A stretch of 63,421 bases of DNA, filler included, from Octopus bimaculoides (Eukaryota): the NCBI RefSeq assembly GCF_001194135.2. It is 6 parts of 6 records of this genome, joined end to end, with 100 filler letters (N's around TTAATTAATTAA, not from the genome) between each part and the next. Parts side by side here need not be neighbours in the genome. Positions count along the whole stretch, not along the records: positions 27,802 to 45,101 come from NC_068990.1; positions 45,202 to 58,460 come from NC_069007.1; 4 more parts are not named here. One strand, given 5' to 3'. A program made the translations under genes and the position numbers. The notes below the pieces were generated by a model. It ran no database searches, was not told the origin of the DNA, and was given only the letters and a program-made list of their open reading frames with translations. Shown here piece by piece: positions 36,114 to 49,728 of this stretch (position 1 is the first letter of the stretch; each line of letters starts with the position of its first letter).

Positions 36114-38049
36114 ATGTATGTATGTATGTATGTATGTATGTATGTATGTATGTATGTATGTATGTATGTATGTATGTATGTGTAACCATGTGTGAAGGCA
36201 CGTGATCTGGTGGTTAACCTGTTAGGCTTGCTATCATTATGTTGTGGGTCTTTCAGCAATACACTCCATTTCATGCTGATCCAATCATCTCAGATTACAT
36301 AAGTATCAGCTGAGCACTAGTGCGACCCTATCACCTATTAGTCACATATTCAATATTCTGGCAGATGAATGGTGGAAAGGCCGAAAATGGGCCTAGCTTT
36401 TCTCGTGGTTATATAGGCACCTAAAACAATAAGTCATAGTATGATACCATAGATGCTACCAAATGTACTTGCTAGTGAGTGATGTTTGTGGCTCGCACGC
36501 ACACACACGCACACACACACACACACACATATATGAGAGCCACAAACATCACTCGCCAGCAAGTTTATTTGGTATACATACATACATACATACATATGTG
36601 AGTGTATGTGTGTGTATGTGTGTGTGTGAGAGAGTAGATGACTCTGTGTGTGTGTATGTGTGTGTGTGTGTGTGTGTATATAATGTGCGTTGGTTTTTTG
36701 TATATGTAAAAATCTCGTTATTTTGCCATGACTTCAATTGAGAAATTAACACTCATTACGAACACTTAAGTCGGAGAAATTTTTCAATGAAATAATTTTT
36801 CATTCTCTAGATATTTTCAAAATATGTATTCTTAAGACCTCACTTTTTTTTCTTTGCTGTTCACATCAATGTCAATTGTACCCTTCATCAACACTAACGG
36901 AGACACCCACACGTCAACAACACAAAGTATACACCAAACACACAGAAACACATAAAAATATAAAAGAAACTCTACTATTATAATTTCCATTGTCAGGAAC
37001 GGATTGTAAAATGCAACACAGGTCTTAGGTTATGTACATTCTTTGTGAATAGTTAGATTTGTTTCAATCGAATTATATGAAATATCTCAAGTAAATTAAA
37101 CGCAGACACACATACACATGCCCGTGTTACGTATACATACACACAAACATTCATACAAACACTCACACACACGTGACTTTTAGAAATACTATATGGATGT
37201 AAAAATAGCTTTTATAGTCTGTAGCAGGAAGCTTATTTGTCGATTCGTTCATACTTCTTCAGGTTTGATGAAAGAAATCAATTTTTTTCTGTGTTCATGT
37301 GACACTGCTTGGATGTGACATTGAAACATAATTATCGATTCATGTTGAGTCGGACCAATTTCTAACTGAAATAGATTTGAAAGTCAACCGATTGGACCCG
37401 AAAATGAAACTAGTTCAAATATTTTATTTAGATTATCACTGAAGCCATACCGACACTGTGACATCCTTAATTACATTACAGAGTGAATCATTTTTGAACA
37501 CATGACGTATCTATTTTGTTTTGCGTTAGGCGAATCAGAGCTAAGTAGTAATGAATAAAGACCACAAAGATGTTAGACTTTGTAATATTCCCAAGAAAGG
37601 AAATATCCATCGCATTTCAATGTGACGTTTTAGATACGTGGATCACAGATATCCTTGAAATACCGGGAAATTCCTGCACCAATATCTAAGGTGGTACTTT
37701 AATATTCATCTACTCAGCTGTTTTACATCTGCAGCGATGAGTTATCAGATTCTAGATATTTGATTGGTATTATTGCTTTTCTACCGGGATTTCTTTACGT
37801 TCGGCGCCGTTATTAAGTTCATGTAATATACTGTTGTTGATTCAGTCAACATTTGAATCCATTAATCCCCTCATTTATGTATTTATTTATTTATTTAGAT
37901 ATTTTCGAAATAAAAGAAATCAATATTTATCTGTTTAATAATGGTCTTGACGGTAACATTTGATAACGGAAACCAACAAATCGGATTTAATTGGAATCAG
38001 TCACACAAGATGATCGGATGAACATGTACTAACATAGCAACACACCAGG

Positions 38050-38104
38050 ATGAAGATGACGACGACAACGACGATGGCGGCGGCGGTGGTGGTGGTGGTG
38101 GTGG

Positions 38105-38150
<46 letters not shown>

Positions 38151-38250
38151 AATGACGATGATGATAATGACACTGACGCTGCGTCTACAGCTGATAATAA
38201 TTTTCATCATTATATTATTATTATTATTATAGTTACTTTTGTTGTTGTTG

Positions 38251-38333
<83 letters not shown>

Positions 38334-38340
38334 GTCATTA
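38050..38340. repeat. Compound trinucleotide array (GAC, GGC, GGT, GAT, ATT, GTT, ATC)
   Basis: Seen directly; it explains the poly-M, D, N and S ORFs in the track. Confidence 0.95.
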
Positions 38341-38435
38341 CGAATGAATTGTGCAATACTTGAAAATAACCGTAAAAAAAAAAAATATATATACTTCAGA
38401 AAAGAAAAAAAGATGAAATATAGAGTAATTAACAA

Positions 38436-38470
<35 letters not shown>

Positions 38471-39782
38471 ATAGAAATTAAAAAAATAGAAATTAAAAAA
38501 ATAGAAAAATACTAGAGTCAGTAGCTTGAATTAACTTGTTTCATCTACGAACAGAGACTGTTCTGACCACAATTAAGGGTAGCATGTATAAACAATGGAA
38601 TCATAAGTGATTACAAGTGTAACAGAGAACATGTAAAAATAAACAAAATCAATGAATGTCCTTCCTGACGGTGAACGTCACCAAGTAACAAATAGAAATC
38701 TTTGGCAAATTAAAAGGAAAAAAGCTAAATCAACAAAAGTATTGTAGAGGGCAGAATGAGATGGGGAAAAACATATCAAGAATGAATTAAACGTTAGAAA
38801 TTATTTAGCAATATCGAATAAATAAAAGATTAAAAACAAAGATAAATAAAGTGAGAATGAGATTATAAATAAAACAATAGAGATGAAAAAAAATGGCCGA
38901 AAGAAAGAAACTATATTGAAAAGCAAAAACAAAATCAAATAATTATCCAACGTAAAATTAGAAAATCAAATCACTTGATAGGTGGAACTGTTTTCAGAAG
39001 TGGTAACAAGGAAGGGAATTATTGATGGTCACGTAAAGACAGCTTCGGCTTCTAGTCTGACGATGGATGCCATCAGCCCGGAATAGGTGATCAATCATTG
39101 ACTGCCGGTCACGTGATTGTTTCATTCGACATGACAAGTGGTTTCACTTCGATTTCCTTCACTCGAGACTGTGTTATGCGTTGTTCTCCACCACCACGCA
39201 GCCCATTAATGTTTGCTGTTCCTGTTATTCAATGTTTTTTTGGGGGCGGGAGGGCTAAACAGAATTGTCATTCTCTCTCTCCTCCTCTCTCTTTCTTTCT
39301 ATACTAGTATGTATGTATTGAGTAACATATGTTGTACTTATGCTTAGATATACGCGTGTATGTGTGTGTGTCTCTGTGTGTGTGCCTGTAAGTCCTCTTT
39401 GGATACAAAGTATAAATAGAGATCAATCTCCGCTTCGTGATCACTGGATTCCTGGATTTTAGCCGATGTTTCTATTAGGATACCTGAGTGCTACGATAGG
39501 ATAAATATAATGCTTTTCCTCTCAGTGTCAACTCTCCTATCGCTAAACTTGTAACCTTGTAGCCTGAGAAGCGACAAACGCAGGATTTGCATTCCTTATA
39601 CGGTTTTCTTGTTCTTTATATATGGATTTTTAAAACACTTCCGCCAATCGAATTACACTCACAGGTGTTGGTCATCTCATCAGCATAGTGGATGACCATG
39701 AATGGAGTACCGTGAACTGAGATCAAAACCGATCTCAGGTGTGTATACGTACCTACATACCTGCATACATACATACATACAT

Positions 39783-39830
<48 letters not shown>

Positions 39831-39843
39831 GTATATATATATG

Positions 39844-39877
<34 letters not shown>

Positions 39878-40019
39878 NNNNNNNNNNNNNNNNNNNNNNN
39901 NNNNNNNNNNNNNNNNNNNNNNNNNNNNNNNNNNNNNNNNNNNNNNNNNNNNNNNNNNNNNNNNNNNNNNNNNNNNNNNNNNNNNNNNNNNNATATATAT
40001 ATATATATGTATATATATG

Positions 40020-40990
40020 GGAGAATTCACAAAAAAACCAACAGACGAAGACAAGTGGTGTAGACAACAAATGGATGTATTAGTATAACGCTCGGGAATA
40101 GAGAAAGTCTTTAATGTTTCGAGTCTTCGCTCTTGAAGAAAAAGGAACACAGAAAAGAATAAGAAGAGAAAAAGATATATATGTGTGGTGGTCAGCGATC
40201 TATCGTATATATCATTATACCATCATGTACATCATATATTTTACACCTACCACCACAACCGATTCCACTAAACCTCATCTTCCCTCTGTCCATCATTCCA
40301 TTTAAATGCACACTCGTTCACAACTTCCATATCCTTCTCTGTAACCCCTTTAACCGCTCTAATCTTTCCCACGCCAACTTCTCGCTTTCAAGTAAGATAG
40401 AAACCTCGTCAGTCTCCAAGTTAGAATCTCTGTAGTGTCTATAGATACACAATCAGGCACTTATAGATGAGCTCACTGACGATGCAATACTTTTTCCAAT
40501 TTTAAAAACATTACCAACTCTACAACCATCACCGGGGCTGAATAACAATACCACATTACACATTTGTCAGTGTGTGTAAATCTTTGTGCATTGTGGATCA
40601 ACGTTTCATACAAATTCCGACCAATGGCACCCATAGGCTTAAATTAATGTTTCGCCTTATATTTCTTAACTCCTCAGTTCAGTAATCTTATACTTATTCT
40701 CTAGCTACCCTCATAGCTTCATTTTTAGCTTCCACCTCACCCTTACTCGTTCCCCTTCCTCCTTTGAACTCTTGTTCTCTCTCCTTCTTTTACCTAGTTT
40801 CTCTCTCCTACAATTGCGTGTGTCTGTATAGAAGAACACGTTTCTTTGCGATCCGCATCAAGCGCAGCATAGAGAATGTAAGACTGTTACCTTTCATTTG
40901 TTCCCATCTGTCATATTAACCCTGAAGAAAGGACCTTCTCCAAAACAAGCGATGTCCTATCTCCCACGGTAGTCTTACAGCACTCTTTCT
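40020..40990 (+). mobile_element. Penelope-like element remnant
   Basis: PIPLNLIFPLSIIPFK...HNFHILLCNP and SGTYR*AH*RCNT...TTITGA resemble the RT-to-GIY-YIG linker of Penelope-like elements; degenerate hammerhead-like cores at 40922 (+) and about 40115-40135 (-). Confidence 0.55.
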
Positions 40991-42535
40991 GTCACTTATA
41001 TTTATTTACTTGAATTCATGTACGTGAGTGTGTGTGTGTGTGTGTATGTATGTGTGTGTGCGTTTGTGTGCATGTACGCTTGTGTATTTGAAAGTCTATT
41101 TTTAGTGTCATACTGAACTGCTTATAAGAGGAGAAAGTGAAACTGGAATTAGACTGTCAACTTTTGATATAAATAATAAATATATCTATTCACTTCACTC
41201 AAATTATTGAGTTCTATATCAATGCTATTTACACTATATTATATTATGTTATTTGTGTGTCTGTATTTGTGCGTATGTGTGTACGTGTGTACGTGTGCAA
41301 GTGTTTATATTTGTACATGAAACTGTGGCCATTTCCATAGAGTACTTGAAAAAATCGTAATAACATTGAAAGCGAAGAAAACAAAATGGACGCTGTTGGA
41401 GAAGTGATAGCGCATTATCTATAGAGAGGGAAGGAAAACAATCAGAAGAGAGAAGTGGAAGAGGAAAGGAAGAAGAAAGAATACGTGTTGAGCATGAGAG
41501 AGAGATTATATATATTTGAAAGAGAGTGAGGGAGAGTGACTGAGTGAGTGAGTGTATGTGTTGGGGGTAGGTTTATATGGTGTGTTAAAGAAAGGGATGT
41601 TGACTGGAGAGATATGTGGAGTGAACTTGTTATTCTTGATTTGTGTTTAAAGAAAAATTTTCAACACCTGCCGTTTACTTTCATTTTTAGACTCTTTCAG
41701 TTTAGTCATTTTACATTTTCTGCAGTATATTTTATAAGTTTTGTTTTTGCTTTCAATATTTTCCGTTAGTGGGAGGAGAAATTCTGCGGGTAAAGCAACA
41801 ACAAAAATCTCCACTTTATTTAGATATTCTCAGAATGAAATTTAGATTCTAAATATTTGAGTGAGACTCTTACAGCGAAGATCATGAAGCAGATTTTGCA
41901 GTTGAAGGTAGTGTAATAGAAACAATTAATGTTTCCTATAAATATGCATTTATGCACACATATATACACTGAGTAACAACTTCCCCAAGACGCATACAAA
42001 CTGATACAGTCGTTGAACATTCTCATTTACTAAACCCTTCGCTTAAACGATTAAATATCTATTTTCTATGGTTCACCTGTGTCAACTTACTACAAAAATC
42101 GTTATGTTAATCTTTCTAACGTAGTATATTTCGCAGCAGAGTAGTCTAGGATACTTTCACTTTCTCAGTAAAACCTATCTTCTTTTCCCTGCGCAAAAAA
42201 AAACTTTCACTTCTTTTCTTTATTTCACCCCAGGACACTTTTTTCTAGTTGGCTATCATTTCTAGAACGGCGGAACGAGAACATGTCATTACGAATACGT
42301 GTGAAGAGAAAAAAATTGTTGCCGAAACATTGAGAATGTGGGGGAAGATGATATTTAGGTAAATATATTCACATTTTCTTTATATGATATGCAAGAAAAT
42401 AATTCCCTTCATTTACATTCATATGTTAGGTCAAGTCCTCGGCCATTTGTGAAGCAGCATTTTGTCAATAAATATGGCATTTAGAGAATTGATATGTACC
42501 CTAATGAGTGCCTAATTGGCACGTCATATACGTAC

Positions 42536-42592
<57 letters not shown>

Positions 42593-43590
42593 GCACAATC
42601 AGTAGAATGGGGGAAATGTTACTCAGTTAAAATAGTTAAAATGGTTGCCAAATTTACTTTCAGACAGCATACATGAATTATCACTTACTTTGCCCATTTG
42701 TGAGTGACATACGAGTGATATTTACTAATTTCACTTACCTTTCAATTGTTTGTACAATAAACAGAATGTAAAAATATGACAAAAGATCTACATAGAATGA
42801 CAGAGGATAAAAAAGAAACTGCAAGGTCTACAGTTTTCCATTGCACTTATAAACATTGGAATTACTCAGCAAGAAATATCAGCGCCCGTTCTTTATTAAA
42901 TTTCGCGAAAATATGTTTGTATATTTTGTATATCATAACTAGGTTACTGTATCTTGAATTTCCATGGGTCTTGATATATCTAATAAGCTGAGAGGTAGAT
43001 CTAACGAATTATATTAAGTATCGCTTACAAAATTGGTTTAGTTTTCTATAATGCTTGTTCTATGAAGTAATACCAATACGAATGAAAGAAAATTTTATAA
43101 AGCATTATAAGATCAGCGATTAGCACCCTAGAAGCATGCGAGTCTACTTAGACTGAATATAACATAGAATAAAACGGCAAATTTAGTATATTTGTCGAGT
43201 ATATATATATATNNNNNNNNNNNNNNNNNNNNNNNNNNNNNNNNNNNNNNNNNNNNNNNNNNNNNNNNNNNNNNNNNNNNNNNNNNNNNNNNNNNNNNNN
43301 NNNNNNNNNNNNAATCCTGTATTGAGCACTTCTTTTCTGCATTACATACATGCATGCTGCTATCGCTGTTGTAGCTGTTGTTTACCACACAGTCACACCA
43401 GCGGTTTTTGTTGATCTGGCCTTATATCAGCCGATCAATAGAAATTGTTTATTTGGCCCGTGTATAGCAAGACGTGGACGGATATTTGCATATTTATTCT
43501 TAACTCGTCTTAGCAGGTTCAGGCGCAAAATAAGCTTGGGATGCACAAGAAAGATATGCTTTAATTCTTTTACAATTTTTTTGATACCAA

Positions 43591-43965
43591 GTGGCTGTGT
43601 GGTAAGTAGCTTGCTTACGAACCACATGCTTCCAGCTTCAGTCCGGCACTTTGAGCAAGTGTCTTCTACTATAGCCTAGGGCCGACCAAAGCCTTGTGAG
43701 TGGATTTGGTGGACGGAAACTGAAAGAAGCCCGTCGTACATATGTATATATATATGTATGTTTGTGTGTCTGTGTTTGTCACCTCAACATCGCTTGACAA
43801 CCGATGGTGGTGTGTTTACGTCCCCGTAACTTTAGCGGTTCGGCAAAAGAGACCGATAGAATAAGTACTAGGCTTACAAAGAATTAGTCCTGGGGTCGAT
43901 TTGCTCGACTAAAGGCGGTGCTCCAGCATGGCCACAGTCAAATGACTGAAACAAGTAAAAGATTA
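43591..43965 (+). mobile_element. SINE-E, near full length
   Basis: GTGGCTGTGTGGTAAGTAGC head, gacggaaactgaaagaagcccgtcg, tail cagcatggccacagtcaaatgactgaaacaagtaaaag. Confidence 0.9.
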
Positions 43966-44079
43966 AAAGAGAAAAAAAGAAGAAGAGTAACCCACCTAAG
44001 ACTACCCCTGCTTCTAAGACGCAAACTTTGTGTCCTAAAGTGTTCTAAATTTGAATCTTTCATCAAAATTTCATGTTAT

Positions 44080-44432
44080 TCTTTTATTCTTTCATTTGTG
44101 TCAGTCATTAGACAGCGGCCATGCTGGGGCATCTGCTTCAGGAATTTTAGTCGAATAAATCGATCTAATTACTTCTATTTTTTTTTTCTTTTTAAGCCTG
44201 GTACGTATTCTATCGGTTGTCAATCAGTGGTGGGGGACAAACACACACACTCACACACACACATATATATATATATATATACAATATATACGACGGGCTT
44301 CATTCGGTTTCCGTCTACCAAATCCACTCCAGCCCGAGGCTATAGTAGAAGATACTTGCACAAGGTGCCACGCAGTGGGACTGAACCCAGAACCATGTGG
44401 TTGGGAAGCAAGCTTCTTGCGACACATCCACT
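44080..44432 (-). mobile_element. SINE-E, inverted partner of the 43591 copy
   Basis: cagtcattagacagcggccatgc...gacgggcttc...ccgtctaccaaatccac...gtgggactgaaccc. Confidence 0.88.
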
Positions 44433-45145
44433 CAAATACCAGACTTACAATGACAAAATTATTTTACTAAATTGTTAATTATTTTCAAAATTAATTGGAA
44501 TTAAGGCAATGAGTATATTTCCATAGAATATGGTAGCAAGAGTGCCGTTCAGCTTTAAAGAACCACACGTGAAGATTAACTGTTTTTAGTAAAGTGTTAG
44601 CTGTTAACGAACTAATTGCACTCATAATTGCGGTCCTAAATTACATCAAACACACATGCGTGCGCGCACACACGCTCACGCACGCACACAGATGCACGCA
44701 ATCACGAACGCATGCATACATACTCATGCATGCACGCACATACAATCACGTACGCACATGACACGTGTAAATCTTACACCCTTACTAAATGTTAAGTAAA
44801 TATTATCTTTCTTATATCCATTAGCCGTGGAATTCCTGTAGGTATATGAACTCAAATGCATCGCGCTATGATAGAACTACAGAGATATGCCGAAGCCCCA
44901 CCATAAGCTCGTTGCTATCATCTTCGTTGACCATCTATGTTAACTGATGGAGCTGATTGGTCATTTACGATTTATAAAATACCGGAAACAGTTAATTATG
45001 ATTCGTGTGTCTCCTGTTCGTTTCATTCGTTCTGATTTATATATATATGTATATATATATATGTATTGTTATTATTACAATTTCAGTGGTAAATAGGTTA
45101 ANNNNNNNNNNNNNNNNNNNNNNNNNNNNNNNNNNNNNNNNNNNN

Positions 45146-45157
45146 TTAATTAATTAA
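45146..45157. other. Artificial gap linker TTAATTAATTAA
   Basis: 44 N + 12-mer + 44 N. Confidence 0.95.
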
Positions 45158-45496
45158 NNNNNNNNNNNNNNNNNNNNNNNNNNNNNNNNNNNNNNNNNNN
45201 NTATTTATATATATATATCTGTAAAGATATGTGACAATTATTCGGTAGCCATAATAAAACTCCGAGTTTCGGATGCCGGGGCGGAAACGTACGCCGCCAT
45301 CTCTTCAGTTATCTGGCCATTGAAAATTGCTATGAAAAATGACCGTTAAACAAAGGGAAATTACTGTGTGGTTGACCGTTATTAAGACAAAAGAGCTATT
45401 TATATGTGTGTCTGCAACTCCCTTGTGTGTATATGCATGCGTATATGTGTGTATGTGCGTATATATGCATATATGTGTATCTATGTATGTTGAAAT

Positions 45497-45791
45497 TGCG
45501 TGGCTCACGATCGTAAGTTTGTGAGTTCAATTCCCGGCGACGCGTTGTGCCCTTGAGCAAGACACTTTATTTCACGTTGCTCCCGTCCACGCCGCTGGCA
45601 AAAATGAGTAGTACCTGTATTTCAAAGGGCCGGCCTTGTCACACTCTGTGTTACGCTGAGTCTCCCCGAGAACTGCGTTAGGGGTACACGTGTCTACGGA
45701 TTGCTCAGCCACTTGCACGTTAATTTCACGAGCAAGCTGTTCCGTTGATCGTATCAGCTGGGACCCTCGTCGTCGTAAACGGCGGAGTGCT
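45497..45791 (+). mobile_element. SINE with a CORE-like head and the SINE-A 3-prime half
   Basis: Head gagttcaattccc...cccttgagcaagacactttatttcacgttgctcc; from 45620 it aligns with the SINE-A tail. Confidence 0.85.
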
Positions 45792-46430
45792 CCTTTAACC
45801 TGTTCTCTGTATATACGTCAATAAGGGTGTCTAGCGAGCGAATACCTATCTGCTCTGTGTGTATCTATGTATGTACATATGTGTATATACATGTATATCT
45901 ATCTTTCCGCCTGTTGTGTCTCTATGAGTAAATGTGTTTTAAAATATGATTGTATATATGTATGTGTGTGTATATGCATATATGTGTATACATAGCTGCC
46001 TGTTCCGTCAGTACGAGGGTATGTGTTTGCGTATATACGTGTGTAAATGTATTTATGTGTCTGTTTTGACGCTGGAACTATTTTTGGCAGTAACAGGAAA
46101 CAGACAGTTACAGAGAATGGAATTCATCTGTGTATATGTGTGTACATATAGGCTTGTCTGCAAACGGCTGTATATAAAGGAATATCGTGAGCGTATGATG
46201 TAAGTGTGTATATAAATGGGCCGTTCAGTGCCTGTGTCTATGGCTATAGGTGTGTGTGTGTGTGTCTCTCTCTGTCTCTGTACATATATACATACATACA
46301 CACATACATACATACATACATATATATATANNNNNNNNNNNNNNNNNNNNNNNNNNNNNNNNNNNNNNNNNNNNNNNNNNNNNNNNNNNNNNNNNNNNNN
46401 NNNNNNNNNNNNNNNNNNNNNNNNNNNNNN

Positions 46431-47965
46431 TCCTGAAGCGCGATGGCATTGTTGGGATCTTTGGCACTGTGCAGTGTCGACCCGTTCTGGCATCTGTGTA
46501 GCTTACAATGCCAAAACTTGGCACAATCCCTTCCAGGATGTTCCAGATCTATATTACTGTACATTTGTCCCGCCTTCGCTCCAGAGAGTAGATTCTTAGC
46601 TCTTTCAGCATTCTCCAATAGCTGAGCAATGAGACAATCTTTTTTTGTGAAGCTACTGGATTGCTTCGAGGTCGGCTGTTAATTTTACACTGGGGGGGGG
46701 GGGTGTCATAGCTGGGAGCAGTAATCCAGGCGGCTGAGGACGAATGTCCTCTAGAGGGCCATCAGGGTTTCCTTCTCTCTGGTCCTGAAGGTTCTCTGCA
46801 TCCATCTCGCCAGTCGTCTGCACTTTGTCGCCATCCTGGTAATGTGAACTTGGAAAGAGGTATCATCACTCAAATCGATACCCAGGTCTCTCACTGATTT
46901 AGGCTCTGGGATTGTAATCCCTTGTGGTCCAGTGTACCTTGTAAGTTTTATATTCAGTGTTGGGCTCTGGTAGTGCAGGGCTTGGGAACTTTACAGCATT
47001 AAACTGCATATTATTGTCTTCAGCCCATCTGTACATTGAGTTCAACTCCTGCTGCAGGTATGCAACATCGCTGGGGCTCTGTATTTTCTGAGACTTAGAG
47101 ACTTTTGTAGCGTCTACATTGCTAGCAAGGGTGGCTATCCAGGCAGTTGAGGGCATATCTGAGAAGGCCACTATGAAAAGCAGTGGTCCCAAGACAGTGC
47201 CCTGTGGGACACCACTCACTATTTTTGTTTTCTTTGAAGTGGCTTCATTGGTCACTACCGCCTAACTTCTATCTTTCAGAAAGTCGTGTAACCACTCTCC
47301 AAAGTTTTCTGCTATGCCGAGATCACGGAGTTTGTAGCATATCATACCATGATCCACTTTATCAAAAGCTTTTGCACAGTCAATGTATGATACATCCACA
47401 TTTGAGTCATAGTGCTGTAAGAGCTGGGTCAGGCAGCTCCTACCTGGTCGAAAGCCATGCTAGATATCACTCAGCAAGTGGTTTTCTTCAAGGAATGCGA
47501 TCAGCTTCCCTCTGACTATCCGTTCTATGACTTGGCTGGATTGGGCATATTCTTTGTGGATTGGGCATATTATTCCCTCCTTCAGTTTTCTTGGCAGCCT
47601 GCTATTTGCAAGAAAGGTCTGCAAGAGAATCTGTAGTAGTTTCGCCAGTGCACACCTACATGAATTGAGGAGAATTGCTGGGAAACCATCAGGAACAGCA
47701 GTTGAGCTTGCATCCACCTCATTTATGGTTAGTGGTATATCTTCTTCACTAACGTCGATGTAATCCATCATAATTGCCTTGCTGGTTATAGGTGAGGCAG
47801 CAAAGAAATCCACCGGTTCATTCACTTGTCTGTGTTCCAAGACACTGGTGAAGACACTTTTGAACTGGTAATTCAGTACCTCACTGATCGTGGCTGGACT
47901 ATCTGTGAGGGAGCCATTCTTTTGGAATAAGGGTCCTATTTTGCAGCGTACTGAGGCTGTTTTTT
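46431..47965 (-). pseudogene. CR1/L2-group LINE reverse transcriptase remnant
   Basis: PDGFPAILL, IICPIHK, *HGFRPGRSCLTQLL, DCAKAFDKVDH, SGVPQGTVLGPLLF, WAEDNNMQFN..K, DLGI, SLERRR in order; many stops and deletions. Confidence 0.9.
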
Positions 47966-47991
47966 TCACATATATGTATATGAACACAAAC

Positions 47992-48066
<75 letters not shown>

Positions 48067-49027
48067 NNNNNNNNNNNNNNNNNNNNNNNNNNNNNNNNNN
48101 NNNNNNNNNNNNNNNNNNNNNNNNNNNNNNNNNNNNNNNNNNNNNNNNNNNNNNNNNNNNNNNNNNNNNNNNNNNNNNNNNNNNNNNNNNNNNNNNNNNN
48201 NNNNNNNNNNNNNNNNNNNNNNNNNNNNNNNNNNNNNNNNNNNNNNNNNNNNNNNNNNNNNNNNNNNNNNNNNNNNNNNNNNNNNNNNNNNNNNNNNNNN
48301 NNNNNNNNNNNNNNNNNNNNNNNNNNNNNNNNNNNNNNNNNNNNNNNNNNNNNNNNNNNNNNNNNNNNNNNNNNNNNNNNNNNNNNNNNNNNNNNNNNNN
48401 NNNNNNNNNNNNNNNNNNNNNNNNNNNNNNNNNNNNNNNNNNNNNNNNNNNNNNNNNNNNNNNNNNNNNNNNNNNNNNNNNNNNNNNNNNNNNNNNNNNN
48501 NNNNNNNNNNNNNNNNNNNNNNNNNNNNNNNNNNNNNNNNNNNNNNNNNNNNNNNNNNNNNNNNNNNNNNNNNNNNNNNNNNNNNNNNNNNNNNNNNNNN
48601 NNNNNNNNNNNNNNNNNNNNNNNNNNNNNNNNNNNNNNNNNNNNNNNNNNNNNNNNNNNNNNNNNNNNNNNNNNNNNNNNNNNNNNNNNNNNNNNNNNNN
48701 NNNNNNNNNNNNNNNNNNNNNNNNNNNNNNNNNNNNNNNNNNNNNNNNNNNNNNNNNNNNNNNNNNNNNNNNNNNNNNNNNNNNNNNNNNNNNNNNNNNN
48801 NNNNNNNNNNNNNNNNNNNNNNNNNNNNNNNNNNNNNNNNNNNNNNNNNNNNNNNNNNNNNNNNNNNNNNNNNNNNNNNNNNNNNNNNNNNNNNNNNNNN
48901 NNNNNNNNNNNNNNNNNNNNNNNNNNNNNNNNNNNNNNNNNNNNNNNNNNNNNNNNNNNNNNNNNNNNNNNNNNNNNNNNNNNNNNNNNNNNNNNNNNNN
49001 NNNNNNNNNNNNNNNNNNNNNNNNNNN

Positions 49028-49062
<35 letters not shown>

Positions 49063-49728
49063 ATAGAAATATGTTACAAAAACAAAATAGAAACCACACG
49101 TAGAAATGTAAGGGGAAAGTAAGCAGAAAAATAAGCGAAAATGCACATTGGAAATAAAAAAGTTGAGGCTTTTTATGAAAAGTAACGATAGGTATATACA
49201 ATTAGATGAACTGAGGTAGGAATAAAGGTAATAAAAGCCATTATTGTGAGTTGTAAAGAGATTTAAAAACATACCGGTTTCCTGAACGGTGTCAAGTCTA
49301 TTCGTCCCTTAGTAAAAAGATTATGTGTAAGGGAGGTAAGTAGTTCTGGATTTGGTGCAATTAGGGTAGATCTGGATTTGTAATGTGAATGGTGTATGGG
49401 GGGTTAAATTTATTTATTTACTTTTTGACAAACATAGCGGGTTGGCTTTTAACAGATACTGCTCGGTAGAAGAATGTTCTGAAGCTATAAAAAGGTTGAA
49501 AATTATCTATATACGTATAACCTAAGATCTAAGGCTAACTTTAAAATTACTGTTTAATTATCAAAGTGTTGTATATTGTGCAATGCCAACTTTCGAATGA
49601 ATAAACTTTATTATATTTCAGGATTGGCTGGTTGTTTTCTTGAAAACCATTGGGAATTCCCATGATGCACAGGGAGACAGCGTGAATTGGAAGCATCTTA
49701 TGTATTTTAAGAGTTTACGTCATTCATA

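Noticed and set aside
37240-37330. Acceptor-like ttcttcag followed by unique sequence
   Set aside because: All three frames close quickly and there is no convincing donor.
40915-40965. Second hammerhead CTGAAGA...CAAAAC...GTC, and TTCAAGA...GAAAC on the minus strand near 40125
   Set aside because: Core substitutions and unpaired stems; kept only as support for the Penelope remnant.
43935-43960. Hammerhead-like AATGACTGAAACAAGTA in SINE-E tails
   Set aside because: No CTGANGA core and no stem II; better explained as the CAGTC/GACTG terminal hairpin.
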